Below are positions 25,363 through 39,326 of a DNA stretch of 64,000 bases, piece by piece (position 1 is the first letter of the stretch; every line of letters begins with the position of its first letter). Position numbers and translations under genes: made by a program. This stretch comes from Kudoa neothunni (taxonomy: Eukaryota > Animalia > Cnidaria). The notes beneath the pieces are model-generated. The model was given only the letters and a program-made list of their open reading frames with translations. It did no database searches and had not been told where the DNA came from. Location: NCBI GenBank assembly GCA_964304625.1, contig OZ199840.1, positions 4,800,966 to 4,864,965 on the forward strand, given 5' to 3'.

Positions 25363-26225
25363 TATTTTTGTTAAGCGGATTTCACTGGATTTTAAACACG
25401 AACCATGCAACTATTAATATTATCGCTAACCATAGTTTTAGATAAGAAAATAAACCAGAAGTATAATATTTTTATTAATATGTAATTTATTAACATAAAC
25501 TGGCTAATTGATGTTAATTATAAACAATTTTAATCGAATAAATCATAAATAGGGGGAGCGACAGCACAAATTTACAAAATTAATAACCGGGAATTAACTT
25601 TTGAATATTTTCTGCTTAGTGAGCATATTATGTATTATATTTATCAATAAGACCAACTTATCGGAGTTTTTTGAGATTCCAACAATACGATAATGCAGTT
25701 TAGTTAATTATATTGCAAACGTTGGTTATTCGCACTATCTTGCGGATAAATTAAAAAGGAATTTTTTGATATCTGAGATTATAATATTAACTTTACATAA
25801 AATATATTGAGAGTTTTCTAAATACTTCGGAATTCGACAAAGAAGGGTATCATTAAATATTTAAATTTTTTCGCCGACTATTGGCACGGGAATAATATTC
25901 AGGTGTCATTAATGTTGATTATAGATGATTATATCTTAGTCCTGTGAGCGAAGTGATGATCTTGAAATAATTATATATAGCAGATTATAAAAAACTCAAT
26001 CTGTATATAGCTCGTGAGCAAAAGTTACTTAGATCCAAAATTATCACGGCATATGCGTACATATTATTTATTATTCCTATTTTACATAAAAATAGCCGTT
26101 AGTTTAGAGAAAACCCAACAATTATAAATCCGTGAAAACCCGTATAAAATGATGCTCGTTATTTTTATTTAATTTTTATTCGTCTCTGAGGAGATTACGC
26201 ATAAGTGACCACCTAATACCTAATG

Positions 26226-26909
26226 CAGTGGTGTTCAATCGGGGATCCGCGCAGGAATACATACGAAAATTTTTTATTGGCATCTAAATTTAAATAAATG
26301 CTGTCTATATGTTTGGCGATGTGGAATATGAACAATTTTAATTAATTATTATTCTCATAGCGTGTACCTAAATTAAGAATAATTTTAATAATAAAGATTT
26401 TAAACCTTTAATTTGTTAAACCCCACTAAATGTTGGTGCTGATAGCGGTTCTCCAAGAATCTGAGTTCGTTTTTGAATGCATGAGCCTGAATTTCATCAA
26501 CGTCTGATATCGTTTCGTTCTTTTTCCTTTAAAAATTTTCTGCATTGAAAACATTTTGTGATACTACCAGGGATGGTGTTGTTCTATCGCAATTTAAACA
26601 ACAGAAAGTGAATGATCCATGCTCGCTTTCACTTATGAACAATATCCAAAAAGTTATCGCTTTCGATTCAACGCTTTGACACGAAGTCAAAAAATATCCA
26701 GACATTGTAGCTGCAATACGATGTCACCAACCATAAATATCACATTAGTTTTTATTTATTTTGAAAATATTTCTGTTATTTTTTTGGTGAGCGCGTGCAA
26801 ACTTTAAAACATGTATTTTCATCATTTAAGTTTAATTTTATGTGGGGATCCGCGAAAATTTTTAATCTCTTTGGGGGTTCCGCGGTTCCAAAAATGTTGG
26901 AAACCACTG
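26226..26909. mobile_element. Non-autonomous hAT (Charlie/Buster-like) element
   Basis: Ends CAGTGGTGTTCAA...TTGGAAACCACTG, subterminal GGGG(A/T)TCCGCG repeats, and an imperfect 8-bp TSD (ACCTAATG / ATCTAATC). Confidence 0.8.
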
Positions 26910-27778
26910 ATCTAATCCTAATGTACCATCCATCTATTTATGTCATCCAAATTATTTTCTAAAAAAATTATAATAACCATCCCATATTACGATCAATAAA
27001 AATATTTTTTATTTTAACCTTTAAAAATTAAATTACACGTTTACTATTACATATATTCAAATTGTAATAGTAATTTTTGAATAAATAATTTAAAAATGCT
27101 ATAACAAAGTGGTTGGAAAATTTTATTTAAAAAAAATAATAGAAGTTGTTCTTCTATTAAGATAAAAATATAGTTCTCTTATTGAAGATAAATATAATGT
27201 AATCAATATTTAATGATCTAAAATATAAAAACCCTATTTATCGATTAAATAAAGTTTAGTCCATATATATTGATTATATCGAAGCAACTAAAGCTAACAA
27301 ATTAAAAATAATAACGCCCATTTATAAATTTGTTTATTTGAATAACGAGAACAAAAAAGAGCATAATATACATGGGTAAATTTTATTTAGAGACACAAAT
27401 GGACATTTATTAGCAACATCAGAAATATATTATGACTATGCTCGCTTGACTCTTTTTGGGAACGATGATGTTTAAATATTAGAAGAGTACCATAAAGTAT
27501 TTAGATAACTGAGTGTAGCTAAAGGAAGCTCGCAATTCTCCGTATACAAATATACAAATATTCAAGTATAATAGTTTGAATATCAGTAATAATAATAAAT
27601 TAAATTAACCAAGAAAATAATTAAATGATTCATTAAATAAGATCAGGGAAAAAATGTGATAAATAACAATTGAAAATTATCTTGTAAGATAATTAAAATG
27701 ATAGAATTAAACATAATTGATGTGGGAAAAATTTTCGGCCATTAGAATGAAATCCTAAAATGGTGGTCAACAAACTCA

Positions 27779-28330
27779 CTACATAAAATGCGGAGAATCA
27801 AAGTCGCAGCCAAAATCGTTGTCAAATCGATTTTGGAACTTCATATGATGTTTTCTCATGTTCTCCTCATGACTAAACGGCTTTTTTGGTTTCATGTTGT
27901 TTGGGTGATTAAACGGTACATGTATATTCACGTGTGGTGCATGATTAAATGGTTGGTTAGGTTGATGATGATGATAAACAACTGTACCAGGTTGGTTGGG
28001 ATTATAAGAAACGCCAGGGGGAGGATTTACTCCTGGTCCATAATGATGAACCTCAACCGGACCATCATTAAGGGCAGAAGGAGGAAGTTCACCCTCTAAA
28101 TGGATCACATTACAATCACCATTACTCAATTAATTATCCGTTTAAAAATAGCTCCTGTTATTCGGAACCCCTTACACAATCATATACACATATATACATA
28201 TATATATATATCGATATTTACTCATAACTTTGTTATAGGTACGGCATTTTAATATTACAATAATAATAATCGCCACAATAACAACACCAATTGGAATAAG
28301 TGCAAACATAATAATCTTTGATTGCTCCAT
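27779..28330 (-). CDS. Orphan single-pass membrane or signal-anchor protein with Pro/His-rich tail (probably 2 exons)
   Basis: Exon 1 MEQSKIIMFALIPIGVVIVAIIIIVILKC (ATG at 28330) can splice in phase 1 into the 27779-28098 frame GELPPSALNDGPVEVHHYGPGVNPPPG...FDSPHFM*. Splice sites not fully resolved. Confidence 0.65.
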
Positions 28331-29324
28331 TTTTCTTTATGTAATGTAGTTTTTGATCACCAGTGGATACACAATAAACGATCCCTATAGCATGTGTTGT
28401 GAGAATTAATTGAATAATGGATTAAATCAAGAATAATTTACTTGATAAATTATTTTTTGGAATAAAACTATTTCCTAATAAAATTTAAAATTAGACGGAT
28501 AAATGGATATATAATTTATTATCGAAACAAATCATACCAAATTATCTTGGACTGTAACAATGTCTCTTGACTATTCTCAAGAATGATGTAACCAGCAGAT
28601 TGATCAACTACTGTCGCTGACCGCTTTGACTCCGAGAGATATTACTAATACCCCAAGATAATATATTTTATTGTAAATTGTATTTAATAGTATCAAAATT
28701 TTTTACAGCTATCTGAGGAATATTATTTGATACAAAAATTTATTAGTAAGATTAATGGAATTATTTACTGTGGATAAATATCAAAAGTTTTATTCGAATT
28801 TTTGGTAATTAATTTATAATATAAACTCATTTTCACTAATACAGCTTTAGATAGCGCAATCCTACATAATCCATATTAAGGAACTTATAATCAACTATCA
28901 TAAAATTTAATTACTTACAAAATTTACTCCAAGGACCAATAGAAGTGCGAGTTATTAGTAGAGTTTTTGATTTTTTATCAATATTCATGGAATTACTGAA
29001 ATAATTAAATTTATGTATAAAATGAATGAGTTAAAACTATTTTATCAGTTACGTACTGCGTGATAAAAATATTGCGTAATGGTGATTACAAAGGTTATTA
29101 AAGGGTCGCGCCGATTACGTATGATGTGTTTGGTTTTTCTCTATATCAGTTGTTCATTAAATAATTTAATATTGATTGGAAATATGAATCTTCAATTTTT
29201 ATGAGTCTAATCAGAAAGCACAATAAGGTTTTTTTGGTATTTATATAATTTAAAAATATAATTTAAAATTCTATTAATGTTTTTTTTTGTATTTAAAATA
29301 GATTCTAATAAAAAATAATGATTC

Positions 29325-29730
29325 CCACTACTGATCAGTCTACTGTTTCTGTACGAGTGAGTCTCTATCCTATAATGGGAGCTGTTGTTAGAGTGCAATT
29401 GCACATGAGTGTAATTTCACCTGCAGTTAAGGAGGTTCGATCTAGCAGACGAGGTTGAGTTAGACGTTTGAATCGCTGGGATGCAGTACCAGTCATATGA
29501 GATCTCTGTAGAATCAGTCCTATTGAATAAGTAGGGTTTGGGGTGATGCTAGTACACATTCGAGTATTTTTTGTAGACTAAACTCCCACACCACCGCAGA
29601 ATCATATGGGCGCGGAGGGGATGTTACTCGTCCTGCGGTGCCTACAGAGTTAATGGGGATAGTCTAACCAGTCATAACTCCACAACCTAATAAGTTGCTT
29701 CAGGGGTTTTACCTTGTAAAAATAAAATCT
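29325..29730 (+). mobile_element. Putative SINE, copy 2 (5'-truncated relative of 3910-4405)
   Basis: Shares 5' and 3' blocks with copy 1; the middle is divergent; ends in CTTGTAAAAATAAAA. Confidence 0.6.
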
Positions 29731-32700
29731 CAACTTCCTATTAATATGAAAATTGTAAAATGTTTCAAAACCTGTTGAACTCTTATATATTCTATTCTTA
29801 TATATTGTATAGTGGATGGAGGTTAATATGCACATCTGCTTGTTTATACGGAATTTACCACTTTTTAACACATCACTAAAGTTGACGTTTATGAACTTAA
29901 TTCAGTTTTAATTTTTGCATCAGAGAAATAATTTTTCCACAAAAATTTTATAAAATATCGAAATTTAATCGCATTGTGGGGTGGTACGCTCCTTCTTCCC
30001 TGAAATTGATCTTAAAATCAAGCGCAGGTACCATTTAATTTGTACTTTTGGTTGAAAAAACCTTCATAAATTTACATGCTTATAATAAATGAAATATAAT
30101 ATTCATTAAAATACGTGGAGTTAATAGCAGAAAAATAAAAGTCATACCATTACAAATTTTGTGGATGTTTTCGTATTGAGTTTAAATATTATTCTATCCA
30201 AGAAATTATAAATTATTGAATTAGATGAAGGTGGAGCTGTAAATATTAAAAAAAGCAAACAATCGATGAATTAGACAAATAATCTACGAATGGATTACTT
30301 AAGTCCGAATATTTTGGATATTCATCATAGGAATTTATTTGTAAAAGTTATGATATTGTGAGGAAAATGAAGGAAAATGTCTAAGATATGATTTATGGTT
30401 GTTTTTAAGATTTTAAAAAACATTTTAATTTGTGTAGGTTAAACATTTACAATAATCCAAAAATCGTTGATGAATATAAGTATAAAAATTACCCTGAAAA
30501 ATTCGAAACTCAAAATGGGGTTGAATTTTAAGGAAGACAAAATTTTTGATTCAATTTTCGTGAAATTTCCCATATAGAAAATATTAAAAATGGAGAAAGA
30601 TCTTGTGGTTGAACATGACGGTTTTCAACTACTTAAAACATTATTAAGTGTCACTTTTGGAATTTGTGAATGTCGAAGCAAAGACGACGAAAAATATCAA
30701 AATTACTCCAGTCATTTCGAGATATTAGTCTTTCCTATTTAGAAACAGTTGATAGAGAAATATCTAAATTATCAAAACCATTTTAATGCCTCAAATATAT
30801 AAAGGGATTTAAAACAAAAAATGGTTCCATTTATTTCTACAAATACGTTTAAAATTTAGATAGGTATTATTTAACGTATACAAGGAGTGCAAGAAACAAA
30901 TAAAATTAACCATGGTTTTTTAAAATAAATATTACAATGATAATCAAAGAATAACAGAATTTCGTGTTTTCACATACGTCTTACAAGCACGTATTACCCG
31001 TCACCCACTGTAATTGTATTTTTTAGGTGAAATTAAGATACATATAAATTATATTTTAATCAGAGTCAATTTTAAGTTTTTTTTGTATTATTTTAAATTT
31101 TAATCATTCAAATTAACCCTTTGAGGAAGTGTTTCCCGACCTGGGGCCATGAATAATTTTCTAACTAATTTGGACGGCGCAGGAAAATGCGGACCCATGG
31201 CTGTGTAGAATACCCTTAAGATGGAGAATATTATTTAACTTCTGGACTCAAGATATATTGATCAAATACAAATATTAGATTTATTTAAGTAACATAGTTT
31301 TGTTTTATGAGTAACAGAGCATATATTAAGATGGGGAACGATATAAAAACTTACCTCATCATACGACATATGACCTGAAACGGTCAACACGTTCCCTAGG
31401 CAGGCAATACTCATTCTTTCGTTCGTTTGTTTTTAGTGCAAACGAAAATATATTTAGTTACAAATCAGACACAGATACAAGCTAACTTTTCTATTCATTA
31501 AATTTTAGACATCTCACTATTCACGTATTTCTTGGACCTACTTAATTTCATGGTACAACGCGGTGTGAGTTCGTACGTTCTTCTATTTTTAATTATTCAA
31601 TACTTGAATGAAACTATTCAAAAGATATTAACGTGAAGAGAACATTTTAGGATAGTATACTATACATTAAAATTGGGGTTTTAATAACTAAATCTAAAGA
31701 GTATAATGCTATACATCTGAAATTCTTCTATAGAAAGAATTTTGTTAGTTCATAACATAAATCTACGTGAAATTTAAGATTTTTATTATTCGAAGTAATG
31801 CGCTTGTGACTATTTATGAAAATACAATATGCACGTCCAAACGATGTGTTGGGGCTGGAAGATAATTCTGCGGCCTTAAAGATATAATGTCCTAAGCTAT
31901 CTGGGTCGGTATCTATATGAAATAATATACAATTAGCGTTAAGTGTATAAACCGCTTCATATTAGCCTCTTTACGTTGTTGTTGTTGTTGCTGTTGTTGT
32001 ATGTTTGAAGCGACGGTTTTTTGTCTTAACACGGTATTTTCTACAATCCTTATATGTCATTCATATTATTCATGATCAACGAAATAAACTTTTAGATATT
32101 TGATTTAACATAGAAAATTAATATAGAACTAGACTTAAGTTATAATTGATTCAACTTTGATAAATAATATGCCTATGCTTTTTATATAAGAAAGTATTGG
32201 AGTATGTACCGATTTTAATTTAAGAAAATTGGAATGAATTATTTTAAAGCAATTAGAATTACATATCTATTTTTTTACGTATTTTAGACTCATTAATGAC
32301 TTAACGGATTAAATAAGGAAAATTAAATCGTCATGACAATTGATGGGAAATATTGAACTTATATTTTCGTTCTAACTTCAAAATTAATCGAAAAAAATAA
32401 AAAATAAAAAATATGTTACTAAATCAAATTAAGGTATTGATTATTTGCTATATGTAGAACAAAAACATATTTTACCCCAAGAATCAATATAATGAAAATG
32501 AAGCATGTGGTTTTACATGAAGTAGAATGAACTCCCAATTTATGAAATCGCGCCATCTAAAAGACATTGAAAATTATAATTGATCGAGTTTAAAAGAAAT
32601 ATGTTACTTAATATTTTATATGGATAGAGAGAAATTATGGGTAAAAACATATTTTGTGTCCATTGCATTGAATATGGAGGCAACAAGTTAACAAATACTA

Positions 32701-33279
32701 GTATTTTTTAAATTTCTTTTGATGATATCATTTAGTCCGAAATTAATTACGTAAAAATAACAAATGACAAATATTATAAACAGAACAATTATTTTTAAAT
32801 CATTAAAATGCGAGAATATCACGAAAATCATTAAAAACCAAAAGTGATAAGTCGATAGGAGTATCTTGATGGTTTGATAAAATTGGTTTCAAGTGAAATA
32901 TTATTACTTTGCAGACCCAGTAAAATTAGTACTAAATAATATTATTAAATTAACGGAGTAAAAATAATTATGATAAAGTATATAATTTAACTTATCTTAT
33001 ACAATACGGGATATAATTATAATTAAACAAAATTCCTTTTAATTCTAGAAAAAACTTACAAGATTTACGTGGATTACCGGATATTTTATTGAAAATAAAT
33101 GAATCACGGATAAAAAAAGGTTGAGAAATACTGCTCTAAGGACCCCAAACCATAATTAATTTTCCCAGCATTGTGTATGTAATAATCCGAAATTCGTAAA
33201 ATTCTATCTATTCTCCTAATATTCAATATTGTTCATTCTTTGAAAATCTCGAGCGAAGTCAATAAAAATTAGGTGCAAC

Positions 33280-36200
33280 AAAAAATTATCCTCTGAGGAC
33301 CTATGGGGTCCAATAGACCCCACGACGCTTTTTGGTCAATATGCTTTAAAAATAAATAAAAATGTATCTATGCAAGTATTATTCATTTTGGTTACATAAT
33401 GATATAGAAATTTGTAACAAAATTAGTATATTAATGTTTATTTTTCGTATGGATTTAATTATTCACACGTGACCAATAATTAAAATAGACATGGTAAACT
33501 TTCATCTACACACACAAAATAAATTTGTTGAATCGTAAAGAGTAAATATAACCTATTTGAATATACTTAGTAATTTAATTACGTCTGCTTTGAAATGAAA
33601 TCTTCAAAACAATTGATATATTTGATTATTTATTCACAAATCGTTTGTGAATACAAAATTTTTGCAATCTAACATGCTTCTAGCGTATTAAATGAAATAG
33701 AAAGTATGGCCAGCGAATTTTTTATGACATTTGCTGTACCGATTCTTGATATTATAGGTTTACTAAAGCTCCACATAATACCACCTTAACTGATTATTAG
33801 ATCTTCAGTATTACCACATTCTACCAATTCAATCGACGTTTCAGATGATACCGTATAGTTTTCTTCAAATTCATTTCCTAAAGATTGAAATTCATCAATA
33901 CACTCATCAGCTTCACTCTTATTTTGTGCAGACACAGACGTTGGGGTGGCATTATTTGAGCATATTATCAATATGTTCATGAGCAATAATTCAGAATATT
34001 AAATTGAATATTTTTACAAAAAAATCTTAATAATTTGATCAATTAATTTTAATCGTTTATTTCTCAAAAATGTAAAATTATTCAGCAGCGGTTTTGTATA
34101 GCGATTACATGTGATCCGGCACGAGATGGTACCGAGGATATAATAGAGGATTAATTGCACAAGTGTTCGACTCTTCCCTCCAAATTTAGTCGACAGAAAT
34201 TTTTTCAACTTAATAAAATGATATATTTATATTTATTAAGTTAATTCATCAACTAAAAAACTGGGGTCATTTGGATCTCAGAAGTCTTTGGACGATGGTC
34301 GTTTTCGCTGGCTGACCTTATAGGGTCAAAACCCATTTGCATTCAAAAATTAGATAAACTATAAATTTACATTCGAGCTTTGATCATGTTCATTTTCTTC
34401 ATAAGACTTTAAAATTAATAATTAAAACAAAAAAAACTATTAAATACAATATTCGGCGCAAGCACTTCCATTCGCATCTGATATTTTGCACTAAAATATT
34501 AACTCTTAAACGATACCCTCGTGTAAATTGTACATCCGATACCGGTGGGCTCCAAGAGCTCATCAATTCAAAAAACGCATTATGTGGATTAATTAGATCA
34601 CTTGAAGGATTTAATTGTCAAAATCGCGGCAACGCGTATGTATATAGGAAAGAAACGTATATATTTTCGACTTAATGTATTTTAATGTTCGTCACAATTG
34701 TTGCATATTATATCCTTTTTAGTAGGTTCATTGCACACGGTATTTGAACATGTGTTTCAAACTTGTTTGTTTGTCTTCGATTGAATCATAATTATCACAT
34801 AAATATATATCTAACTCAGTCGAAGATACGCTTACATGTTCAGAACAGTAAGATTCATACGATGAACTGGGTTCCCGCATTTTTGAAAGAAGATACGATT
34901 ATGTGATTATTTGAGTTCAACATCAGATTAAAGTATTAAATTTTAATATTACAATGTATAAAATCGGTTTAAAAAAATGTTATGAAATTTTACAGATATA
35001 TAACCAATTTTATGGCTTTACTAAGATGAATTAATGGCCTTTAATGATCACTCATTAACCTTCTAAAATCGCTAAAAAACAATCATCGGAGGTCTTTGTG
35101 GGTCAATTTGACCCCAGATTATTATTTGATAAACTAATTCTAAAAATTGATACCTATTCAATTTTCTGGTATTTCCCACTTCTATCGACTAGTTTTTCAT
35201 TAAAACAATGTGAAATATAACAATTAATCCTGTCAAATCTTTTACGTAATTATTCGTAAGCCGTTAAGTTACGATCGTAAAATATAAGCCACTGTTTAAT
35301 AGCTAATTTATTGTATAAAATAATAATTTGAGGTCTTTTTCGTGAAAAATATTTTTATTTCAATTTTCTATAAACAATAATTTAATACATAAACGAAAAT
35401 AACAATTATTATTTATTTTCACGTAGACCATAATAGTTATTCAGTTTGGTTTTTTATCCTAATCTAGCGCGAAACCCCTCCTTTGCTTTGTCAGGTTACA
35501 CAAATATTTTGAGTTGAAGAACGCCTTTAAAATCATTTAAAAAACACACGTATATTCTCATCTCAGTTAATCCATCGAAAGGACGAAACTAAAATATTTT
35601 TAAAGGAAATCGCACAAGTTCTCTATCAACCATCGACCTCTCATGGACTGAGATCTACAGAAAGGTAAAATTGTCAAAGCAAAATTACCCTATCTAGATC
35701 TAGGGACATAGACTAACAGTTGACGAATAGCCAAAAGACGTCAATGTGAATATTGTCCTCGAGGAATTGAGAAAAAAACTCAAATCACATGCTCATATTG
35801 CAATAAACCCTATTGCTCAGTTCATTCATTGGAGAAATGTAAGAATTGTTCAAATAATTAGATAATTCGGATTAAATTTTTAAAAATTTATATAATCTTT
35901 ATTTTTCATGAGGAATATTAGCCATCAACTGTTCAACTAAAACGATGAACGCGAAGTATCATTAATCGTACGATCATTAGCAATTGTATTAACACAGAAT
36001 AAATGATATATTAATCACCATTTTACCAAATAACAAGTCGACAGAATTCATAAAACATCACTTCATTACATTTTGAAAAATTTTTATAGTATAATCGTAA
36101 AATAAAAACTTGGTGTCAATTTGGCCCCATAAGTCCTCTGAAGACAAATATTTGTTCCATACTATGATTGTGATCATTTTCCCCGAAAATTTTATTCATA

Positions 36201-36320
36201 TATACTGTACAAAAATTTAGGAAAATAGTGAGAAAAAATAGAGAAATTTTAAAGAATACACAAATACTAATGTTGGTTTTCATTACACTTCGGGGTAAAA
36301 TTGACCCCAAGATAGTAGTT
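33280..36320. mobile_element. Cluster of piggyBac-like relics
   Basis: C-terminal Cys/His domain RRQCEYCPRGIEKKTQITCSYCNKPYCSVHSLEKCKNCS at about 35740-35860 (+), and a decayed similar domain at about 34690-34800 (-). Acidic N-terminal ORF 33786-33986, TTAACC end at about 35055, and repeated GGGGTCAATTTGACCCC-like palindromes. Confidence 0.65.
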
Positions 36321-37219
36321 AATTGTGTCTTATACATAAAAACTACTATTATCTCTAAGTAGATTCATCGTAGTATTTTGCTCATAATATTAGGAATATT
36401 ATATCCAAGCGATCTTGTGGAGCTTGTGTGTATCGTTTAATGGTTAATATATCAAGTTCATTTCCAATTTATTATTTATGCGCATTGTTTCTAATAAAGA
36501 ACTCCATTTTGACCTAATTATTTCCTGAAAACAAACACAAGGCAAAAAATTTAATTTATTATCAAATTAATTTATTTTCATTTATATTTTTGTTAAAATA
36601 GACGGATTTCCCCTGTAATTTAATTTAAGTAAAAATTTTATTCCCGCCTAAGAATAAATCCATTTTTAAGTCTCTTTTCTGAGAAAGTGTGCGTAGTTAT
36701 CCTTATAAATGATAGGGGTTGAAAAACTAAAATGAATTGGGAAGAGTTGGTTTGATTTCGAAGTTAAACGATTTTCAGATCAACGAATATCATCGACCAT
36801 GCCCGACAAATATGATGCTTAAATTGTTCCCACAAAACGTTCCCTATTTCTACGTATTATTAATAATTAAATAACATAAGTTAGTAACTAATTGATTTAT
36901 TTATATAGTCATTATAAATCCAATAATTATTCTATAGTAACAGTGAGTTTAATTTTTTTGGTGTGGATTACCTATTCAAAAACAATTGGATAAGACAGTC
37001 GAGAATAATTTCAAACAATTACAATTAAATAAATGCTTTCATTGGTAACTAAAGCTAAAGCGACGGGTTGAATCGTTCAGATAATCGTAGCAATTTAAAG
37101 TATCGATCTGTCACACCCAATTATAAATTATAATTGTACAGCTAATCAGTAGGTGTCATATCATTAATTGTAATAATTATAATAATGAATTTATTTAATT
37201 TTGTGGGATTATTTATTCT

Positions 37220-37738
37220 ATAGACTCTGCAACCCCGAACAATAACTAGATTACAAATATTATCGCTCGAATGTTATTCCAAAAACGTTATTGCATTAGC
37301 CGCTAGGTTTAACAGCTTAAGGAATAAAATTAGCGACAAAACAATTAGCGGATAAAAATCCGAGTGCCAAATCAATGCGCATTAAACTAAACAAACATGC
37401 GTGCGCCGCCAGGTGAGAATGATTAGGGATACACTGTCAGGTAAACTTTTCCCTCTAACCACTGAGTAACCCCTAAAATAATTAGGAAGTATTTTTGAAC
37501 TACAGGAGAAAGATGAAAGCATCGATCCTTTTATCGAAGTTTCAGACGTAGGATTACGTGGGTACGATTTAAGAAAAGCTGTTGCAGAATATACCGAGAA
37601 ATTTTGTAAGCAATGAAACCACTTGCGATTCGTTATTATGGATGACGTTGCGTTTTAGTGAAAGGGGAAAAATACAGCATATCCAAGTATGAAACACAAA
37701 CTCTGTTGGATGCCGTTCAACAATCATATGGAAAATAA
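37220..37738 (+). CDS. Hypothetical protein, 3' exons only
   Basis: Splices cleanly as ...VRRQVRMIRDTLSGSIFELQEKDESIDPFIEVSDVGLRGYDLRKAVAEYTEKFLKGEKYSISKYETQTLLDAVQQSYGK*. The 5' part cannot be resolved without an indel. Confidence 0.35.
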
Positions 37739-38037
37739 ACATTAATTTTTGTTGTTTACTGGTATTAGTGTTGATTTTTGTTTTTTGTCAGGTATAAGAC
37801 GCGTGAACAATAAAATTTGATTAATCTATTATTGCCTTTATATAAATTGAAAAGCGCCAAATAAATCCCTAATTATTTGTGACAATCATTTGTGACAATG
37901 CCCGTATTCTCCCTATTATCTCCATACCTAAACCCACAATACAGTAATTCTATGTAATAAAAGAGTGTATTGTATCAACAAATAAAACTACATAATTTTA
38001 ATTTATATTATTACTATTTCTGTGTGATACGGATTAT

Positions 38038-39326
38038 TTAAATTGTGACATATTCCGGCATTTTGTAGTATTTCATCTGTTGCGTAATTTTTTCGGCTGC
38101 GGCGGATGCGTCAGTGTCTGGGCCAAAATAATCGATAAATTTCCATAGAGGATTTAGTAGATAGATGAGAGTGGTGTGATCGACCTATTAGATTATTATT
38201 ATCTTTATTATTAAAATTAGATTATTATTTTTATTATTAACATTCGATTATTATTATTAAAATTAGATTATTATCTTTATTATTAACATTCGATTATTAT
38301 TATTAAAATTAGATTATTATCTTTATTATTAACATTCGATTATTATTATTAAAATTAGATTATTATCTTTATTATTAACATTCGATTATTATTATTATTA
38401 AAATTAGATTATTATTTGATTAGATAAAACAATATTAAAATTAAATGACACTCACCAAATAGTCTTCCTCATCTCCACGTTTATGAGCGTCGAAATATAC
38501 ATGAAAATCAGAGGTAACCTGTTTGATTTCGTCGTTGGTGCCAGTTAGTCCTGCAAAATCAGGATGGAAATCCTGGAGATACTCTTTGATAGCTTCGGAA
38601 TTATCCCGGGCTGGATCCACCGTAATAAAAACCATTTTCACCGATTCTTCAGGCACCATCTCTTTTAATCGATTGTAGATTTCCACCATACGATCCATTG
38701 TGTCAGGACACACATCAGGGCAATGAGTGAATCCAAAATACAACATCACCCATTTGCCCAAAAAGTCCTTTTCTGTGACTCGATTTCCATTGGTGTCGAC
38801 TAGGTCGATTCGGCCACCAATAGTCGAAAGATGTTTTTGTTTTCGAAGGAGTTGTTCTTTGGCTACGAGAAAAAGTTATTATCAAATAAAAAATTATCAA
38901 TCGTTTTGTACATGATTTCAACTGTTCTTCTTTCCTACTAATATACATAAGCATTCCGATCGCGTAAACCATCATCACAAGAGCAGCCAAATTTGTGTAT
39001 CCAAAATTAGCTTTTGAGTCCATTCGTCTGAAACGTCTAAATAATTTGCTCTCTTCAGCCTCGATTTCGTCGACGCCGCTCTTGTCTATGTTTTCGATAT
39101 TTTCATGCTTGTTAGAGGGATCGGTGGAGGTGTCTTGTTTTGGTTGTTTGGCGGGATTTTCGGAAGAGCACTGCCGTTTCTATAGCAACACATTATCCAC
39201 AATGGCCAAACTCACAAATATCACATTAAGAGCTCGATAAAAAATGCGATTGTTTGAATTCAAACAAGTCAGATAATTTTGTAGAGTACATTTCGACAAA
39301 AAAACATGCCGGATTAAATTGTTCAT
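38038..39326 (-). CDS. SCO1: SCO1/SCO2-family cytochrome c oxidase copper chaperone (4 exons)
   Basis: GKWVMLYFGFTHCPDVCP (CxxxC copper motif), FITVDPARD, FAGLTGT, YLVDHTTLIYLLNP (conserved His), a TM helix and a presequence-like N-terminus. Confidence 0.95.
38188..38420. repeat. ~46-bp AT-rich minisatellite in the last SCO1 intron
   Basis: About 4-5 tandem copies of TTAGATTATTATCTTTATTATTAACATTCGATTATTATTATTAAAA. Confidence 0.9.

Noticed and set aside
27788-28099. 103-aa plus-strand ORF, and similar antisense ORFs over NAA15, SCO1 and RNF121
   Set aside because: Shadow frames opposite real coding exons.
30100-33140. Scattered transposon-like bits (IIELDE, GICEC, TTAACCCT at about 31113, hAT-like end at about 33133)
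   Set aside because: Too decayed to assign boundaries or a family with confidence.
38188-38420. CRISPR-like array
   Set aside because: Eukaryotic intron; the units are tandem with no unique spacers, and there are no cas genes.
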